Origin: Archangium sp.
GTDB taxonomy: Bacteria; Myxococcota; Myxococcia; Myxococcales; Myxococcaceae
Length of the DNA stretch: 19,245 nt
Direction of reading: 5' to 3'
NCBI GenBank assembly: GCA_031367385.1
Contig: JANLPS010000533.1
Coordinates: 1-19,245 of the forward strand
Below are positions 15,564 to 19,245 of the stretch, piece by piece (the first letter of the stretch is position 1; each line of letters starts with the position of its first letter). The translations under genes and the position numbers were made by a program. The notes below the pieces were generated by a model that was given only the letters and a program-made list of their open reading frames with translations, did not search any database and had not been told where the DNA came from.

Positions 15564-15594
15564 TTTCCCGCTGGTTCTGCATGACAGGCCGAGG

Positions 15595-18500
15595 CTACGC
15601 AGCTTGTCGCACCGCCGACCAAAGGGTGAGCGTCTCGGCGAGGGCCTGCTGCCGAATCGGCTTCGAGAGGTAATCGTCCATGCCCGCAGCGAGGCAACGC
15701 TCGCGGTCACCCTGCATCGCATCGGCGGTGAGTGCGATGATCGGCAGGCGTGTGCCACCGGCCTCGAGCGTGCGAATGATGCGAGTTGCCTGAAAGCCGT
15801 CCATCTCCGGCATGTGACAGTCCATCAAAGAGAGGTCGAAGTCGCCATGGAGCGCGAGATCGATCGCGTCGCGCCCGTTCTCAGCGAGCACCACGGTGCA
15901 CCCGATGCGCTCGAGCAAGCGAGTGGCGAGCCGTTGATTGACCGCGTTGTCCTCCACCAAGAGCACCCGCAGCCCATCGAAGCGGCACGGGGCGCGATCG
16001 AGGTCGACGTTCGTGGCGGCGAGGCCGGGTCTGGCACTGGTGGTGCCTCCGCGGCGAGCCCAGCCGAGGTCGGCGGCGGTGAGAGTGGCTTCGAGCAGCT
16101 GCGCGCTGCGAGTGACAGGGGCCTGGAGCCAGCTGTCAAACAGCTCGCTCGCACCCTTTCTGCGTGCGGCGAACGAGGCTCGCACCAGGCCGAGGGGCTT
16201 GATGCGCACGTCATCGCGTATCGCTGTCGCCGCTTGAGTCACCGCGGCGTCGTTCGAGCTCGCGAACAGCACGACATCGAGCTCCGAGGAGGCCAGCTGC
16301 TCGATCATCGCCGGCCCCCCCGGCGAGCTGACCGCGGTCATACCCAGCTGCGCGAACTGCCGCACCCACAGCGCCGCGCTGGCCTCGAGCGGGTCGACCA
16401 CCATCACGCGCAGCGCGGGGAGCGCGGCGGGGCGAACGGGCGCTGCCTCGACCACCGGAGCGGCGATGGTGAAGAAGAATCGGGTGCCCTTGCCCAACGT
16501 CGACTCGACGTCGATCGAGCCTCCCATCAACGTGGTGAGGCTGCGCGAGATCGCCAGACCCAGCCCGGTGCCTCCGAAGCGCCGGGTGGTCGAGCTGTCG
16601 GCCTGCGTGAAACGATTGAACAGAGTTCGCAGGGCTTCGCTCGAGATGCCGATGCCGGTGTCTTCGACATCGAACCGGAGTGCCGCGGCCTGCATCGACA
16701 CGTGAATCAGCACCGACCCGCGCTCGGTGAACTTGAGCGAGTTGCCGATCAGGTTCAGCAGCACCTGGCGCAGGCGAACCGGGTCACCCATCACCGTCGA
16801 GGGCACGTCGTCGTCGACCTCGACCCCGAGCAGCAGGCCCTTCTCGATCGCCTTGGTGGTGAGCAGCTCGACCGCCTCAGCGACGGTGTCGCGCACCGAA
16901 TACACGACCTGTTCGATGCTCAGCCGGCCCGCGTCGATCTTCGAGAAGTCGAGAATGTCGTTGATGATGGTGAGCAACAGCTCGCCCGAGCTCTGAATGG
17001 TGGTCGCGTAGGCGCGCTGCTCATCGTCGAGCGGCATCTCGAGCAGCAGGTTGGTGAACCCGATGATGCCGTTCATCGGAGTGCGAATTTCGTGGCTCAT
17101 GCTGGCCAGAAACTCACCCTTCGCGCGATCGGCTGCTTCGGCGCGGCTGCGGGCCTCATCGAGCTGAAGCATTCGCTCGTGGAGGGCGAGCTCGGCTCGC
17201 TGCCGCAGGTGACCCTCGTGGGCGAGCGAGACCAGGGCTGCCAGCGAGGTCGCCAAGGCCTGATCTTCGGCCGACCAGGCTCCGGGCGCGTTGAGGCGAT
17301 TGACGCTGATGAGGCCGATCAGCCGCTCGCCGCGAAAGAGGGGCACCGCGAGGTGGGCGGTGAGACCTTCGCGGCGCACCATGTCTTGAAGCCCGTCAAG
17401 GCGTTCATCGGTGAGCGCGTCGTTACAGACGATGATGCGGTCTTTTCTGAGACTCTCAAGGTACCGCTCGCTGACCAAGTTCGAGAACGTGCCGAGCAGA
17501 GCCTCCTCGAAGACGCCATCGACGAATTGGGTCGTCAGCTCGATCGTGTCGGCTTCACTGTTTCGCGACAGCCAGATGGCGACGCGTTGGGCTCGCAGGA
17601 GCTGTGCGAAGTTGGGCACGATGGCCTCGATCGCGGTGCTGATGTCGACCCCAGACTGCGCCGCGTGCATCATCGACACGAGCCGGTTGTTCTGGGCGAG
17701 CAGCTGTTGGGCGCGCTCCTCGAGAACGGCCTGTGCCGATTTCTGCGCGGTGATTTCGGTGTTGATCGCCACGAAGCGTTCGACCTGCCCATGGTCATCG
17801 AGCGCGGCGGTGCAGGTGCTCGACATCCACACCAGGGCGCCGGCTTGGGTTCGAATGCCGACCTCGCCGTGCCAGACGCGCTTGGTCGCGAGCTGGGCGA
17901 TCGCCCGAGGCCAGACCTCGCTCAAGCCGTCGTCGAGCAGAGCCTTGATCGAATGACCGATGAGCTGATCGTTCGAGTACCCACTGATCTGCGAGAAGCG
18001 GTCATTGACCCAGGTGATTCGCCCCTGGGTGTCGGCCTCGCAGACCACCGCGTGCTCATCGAGGGCGAACTTTTGAAAACGCAGCTCGCGCAGAGCGGTC
18101 TCGGCCTGGTGGGTCTTGGCGCGAATCTCTTGGGCCAGGTGGTGCGCCTCGGTGATGTCTTGGGTCATCATCACCACGCCGCCGACGGAGCCATCGGCCT
18201 CGTACCAGGGGTGGGCCTCCCACTTGAGCCACTGCTCGCTGCCGTCGGCTCGAACGAAGCGCTCATGATCGTTGCGTTCGATGCTCCCGTTGAGGGCGCG
18301 GGTGTGAATCGGCTTCCACCACTCCGCGACTTCGGGAAAGAGGTCGTAGTGCGACTCGTTGATGGGCGATGAGGAGAACCCGTAATCGGCGAACCAGCGG
18401 CGGCTGCACGACACGTAGCGAATGTCGCGGTCGAACATCGCGATGGCGATGGGCGCGTTGGCGATGAAGCTGAGCAGCTGGCTCTGGGTTTTCAGGGCCT

Positions 18501-19245
18501 CTGCCTGGGCGCGCTCGCGGGCGGTCACGTCGACGTACTGGGTGACAAAGCCCTGGGCTTCACCCGCTTTGTCGCCGACCGGGCTGCCGTCGATCTCGAT
18601 GCTGAGCAGATGGCCACTGCGATGACGCAGCTCGACCAGCTCGCGAAAGGGCTCGCGCCGCAGAAAGGCCAGGCGAATGCGCTCGAGCCCCGCGGAGTCT
18701 TTTCTCGGGCCGCCGAGCGTGCGGCTGTCGACTCCGATGAGCTCGGCCGATTGGTAGCCGAGCAGCTCGGAGAAAGCGGGGTTGACCCACTGAAAAGAAC
18801 CGCGAGGGTCGAGGGAGGCGATGGCCAATGGCATCTGGCGCGCGATGACCGCGAGGCGCTCGGCCTCATACGCTTGGCGAGCTCCGCGTTGGCGCATCGC
18901 CCTGACCGCGACCAACCCGAGCACCGCCAGAAGCTCCGCCGCGATGCTCCAGAGGGTTCGCTCGAGCAGAGAATCAGACCTCGCTCTGATGGCGTCATCG
19001 ACTGCCTCGAGTGCGCTCAGGGCTGGCTCGAGGTTCACCGGTTGATGCCCCGATGCCGAAGTGAGCTGGGTCAGCGCTCGTTCGGCACCGTTGAGCCGAG
19101 TCTGAAGCGTGAGCCCGTCGTGCCACACCGAGAGGGTGTCGTGTTCAGAGGTGCGCAGAACGAGCTGAGTTGCCCACAGCTCGTTCTTGGCGTCGGCGAG
19201 CGCCGCTGAGCGCTTGGCTGCCTGGTCTTCGGTTTCGCCTTCGGG
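15595..19245 (-). CDS. Hybrid sensor histidine kinase/response regulator (TM - 3 PAS - GAF - HisKA - HATPase - degenerate REC - REC), 5' truncated by window
   Basis: Frame stays open from 19128 to the window end. [20 protein letters not shown]. Three PAS/PAC segments. GAF ([19 protein letters not shown]). H-box [19 protein letters not shown]-box [29 protein letters not shown]. Terminal [13 protein letters not shown]...[11 protein letters not shown]...SKP. Confidence 0.95.
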   Translation of the reverse strand, partial: PEGETEDQAAKRSAALADAKNELWATQLVLRTSEHDTLSVWHDGLTLQTRLNGAERALTQLTSASGHQPVNLEPALSALEAVDDAIRARSDSLLERTLWSIAAELLAVLGLVAVRAMRQRGARQAYEAERLAVIARQMPLAIASLDPRGSFQWVNPAFSELLGYQSAELIGVDSRTLGGPRKDSAGLERIRLAFLRREPFRELVELRHRSGHLLSIEIDGSPVGDKAGEAQGFVTQYVDVTARERAQAEALKTQSQLLSFIANAPIAIAMFDRDIRYVSCSRRWFADYGFSSSPINESHYDLFPEVAEWWKPIHTRALNGSIERNDHERFVRADGSEQWLKWEAHPWYEADGSVGGVVMMTQDITEAHHLAQEIRAKTHQAETALRELRFQKFALDEHAVVCEADTQGRITWVNDRFSQISGYSNDQLIGHSIKALLDDGLSEVWPRAIAQLATKRVWHGEVGIRTQAGALVWMSSTCTAALDDHGQVERFVAINTEITAQKSAQAVLEERAQQLLAQNNRLVSMMHAAQSGVDISTAIEAIVPNFAQLLRAQRVAIWLSRNSEADTIELTTQFVDGVFEEALLGTFSNLVSERYLESLRKDRIIVCNDALTDERLDGLQDMVRREGLTAHLAVPLFRGERLIGLISVNRLNAPGAWSAEDQALATSLAALVSLAHEGHLRQRAELALHERMLQLDEARSRAEAADRAKGEFLASMSHEIRTPMNGIIGFTNLLLEMPLDDEQRAYATTIQSSGELLLTIINDILDFSKIDAGRLSIEQVVYSVRDTVAEAVELLTTKAIEKGLLLGVEVDDDVPSTVMGDPVRLRQVLLNLIGNSLKFTERGSVLIHVSMQAAALRFDVEDTGIGISSEALRTLFNRFTQADSSTTRRFGGTGLGLAISRSLTTLMGGSIDVESTLGKGTRFFFTIAAPVVEAAPVRPAALPALRVMVVDPLEASAALWVRQFAQLGMTAVSSPGGPAMIEQLASSELDVVLFASSNDAAVTQAATAIRDDVRIKPLGLVRASFAARRKGASELFDSWLQAPVTRSAQLLEATLTAADLGWARRGGTTSARPGLAATNVDLDRAPCRFDGLRVLLVEDNAVNQRLATRLLERIGCTVVLAENGRDAIDLALHGDFDLSLMDCHMPEMDGFQATRIIRTLEAGGTRLPIIALTADAMQGDRERCLAAGMDDYLSKPIRQQALAETLTLWSAVRQAA

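Noticed and set aside
15507..15575. 23-bp periodic repeat as a mini-CRISPR, dif or parS site
   Set aside because: No spacers or cas genes, and no match to the dif or parS consensus sequences I know.
15553..18372. 939-aa plus-strand ORF
   Set aside because: Antisense shadow of the hybrid histidine kinase. Arg/His-rich with no recognisable motifs; long shadow ORFs are expected in GC-rich coding DNA.

Overview
GC-rich myxobacterial (Myxococcota-like) chromosomal window with four parts. (1) 1-7134 is the G1 adventurous-gliding cluster: 3' part of gltD/agmU, gltE/aglT, gltF/cglF, gltG/pglI and gltH/cglE. An opposite-strand gene for an Ig-like + DUF3494 ice-binding-family lipoprotein sits between gltE and gltF. 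(2) 7156-10387 holds an overlapping trio (kdd, a stand-alone secreted AgmX/PglI C-terminal-domain protein, a TIGR02996-domain protein) and a convergent DsrE-family gene. (3) 10587-15491 is a mevalonate-pathway cluster (fni, class II HMG-CoA reductase, mvk, mvaD). It is interrupted by a small beta-barrel gene and has no phosphomevalonate kinase in the window. (4) 15595 to the window end is a large minus-strand PAS/GAF hybrid histidine kinase whose start lies outside the window. The most notable observations are the ice-binding lipoprotein inside the gliding cluster, the free GltG-like TonB-C domain, and a 23-bp-period TGT-N13-ACA array between convergent genes. All family calls come from motif recognition by eye; no database search was run.
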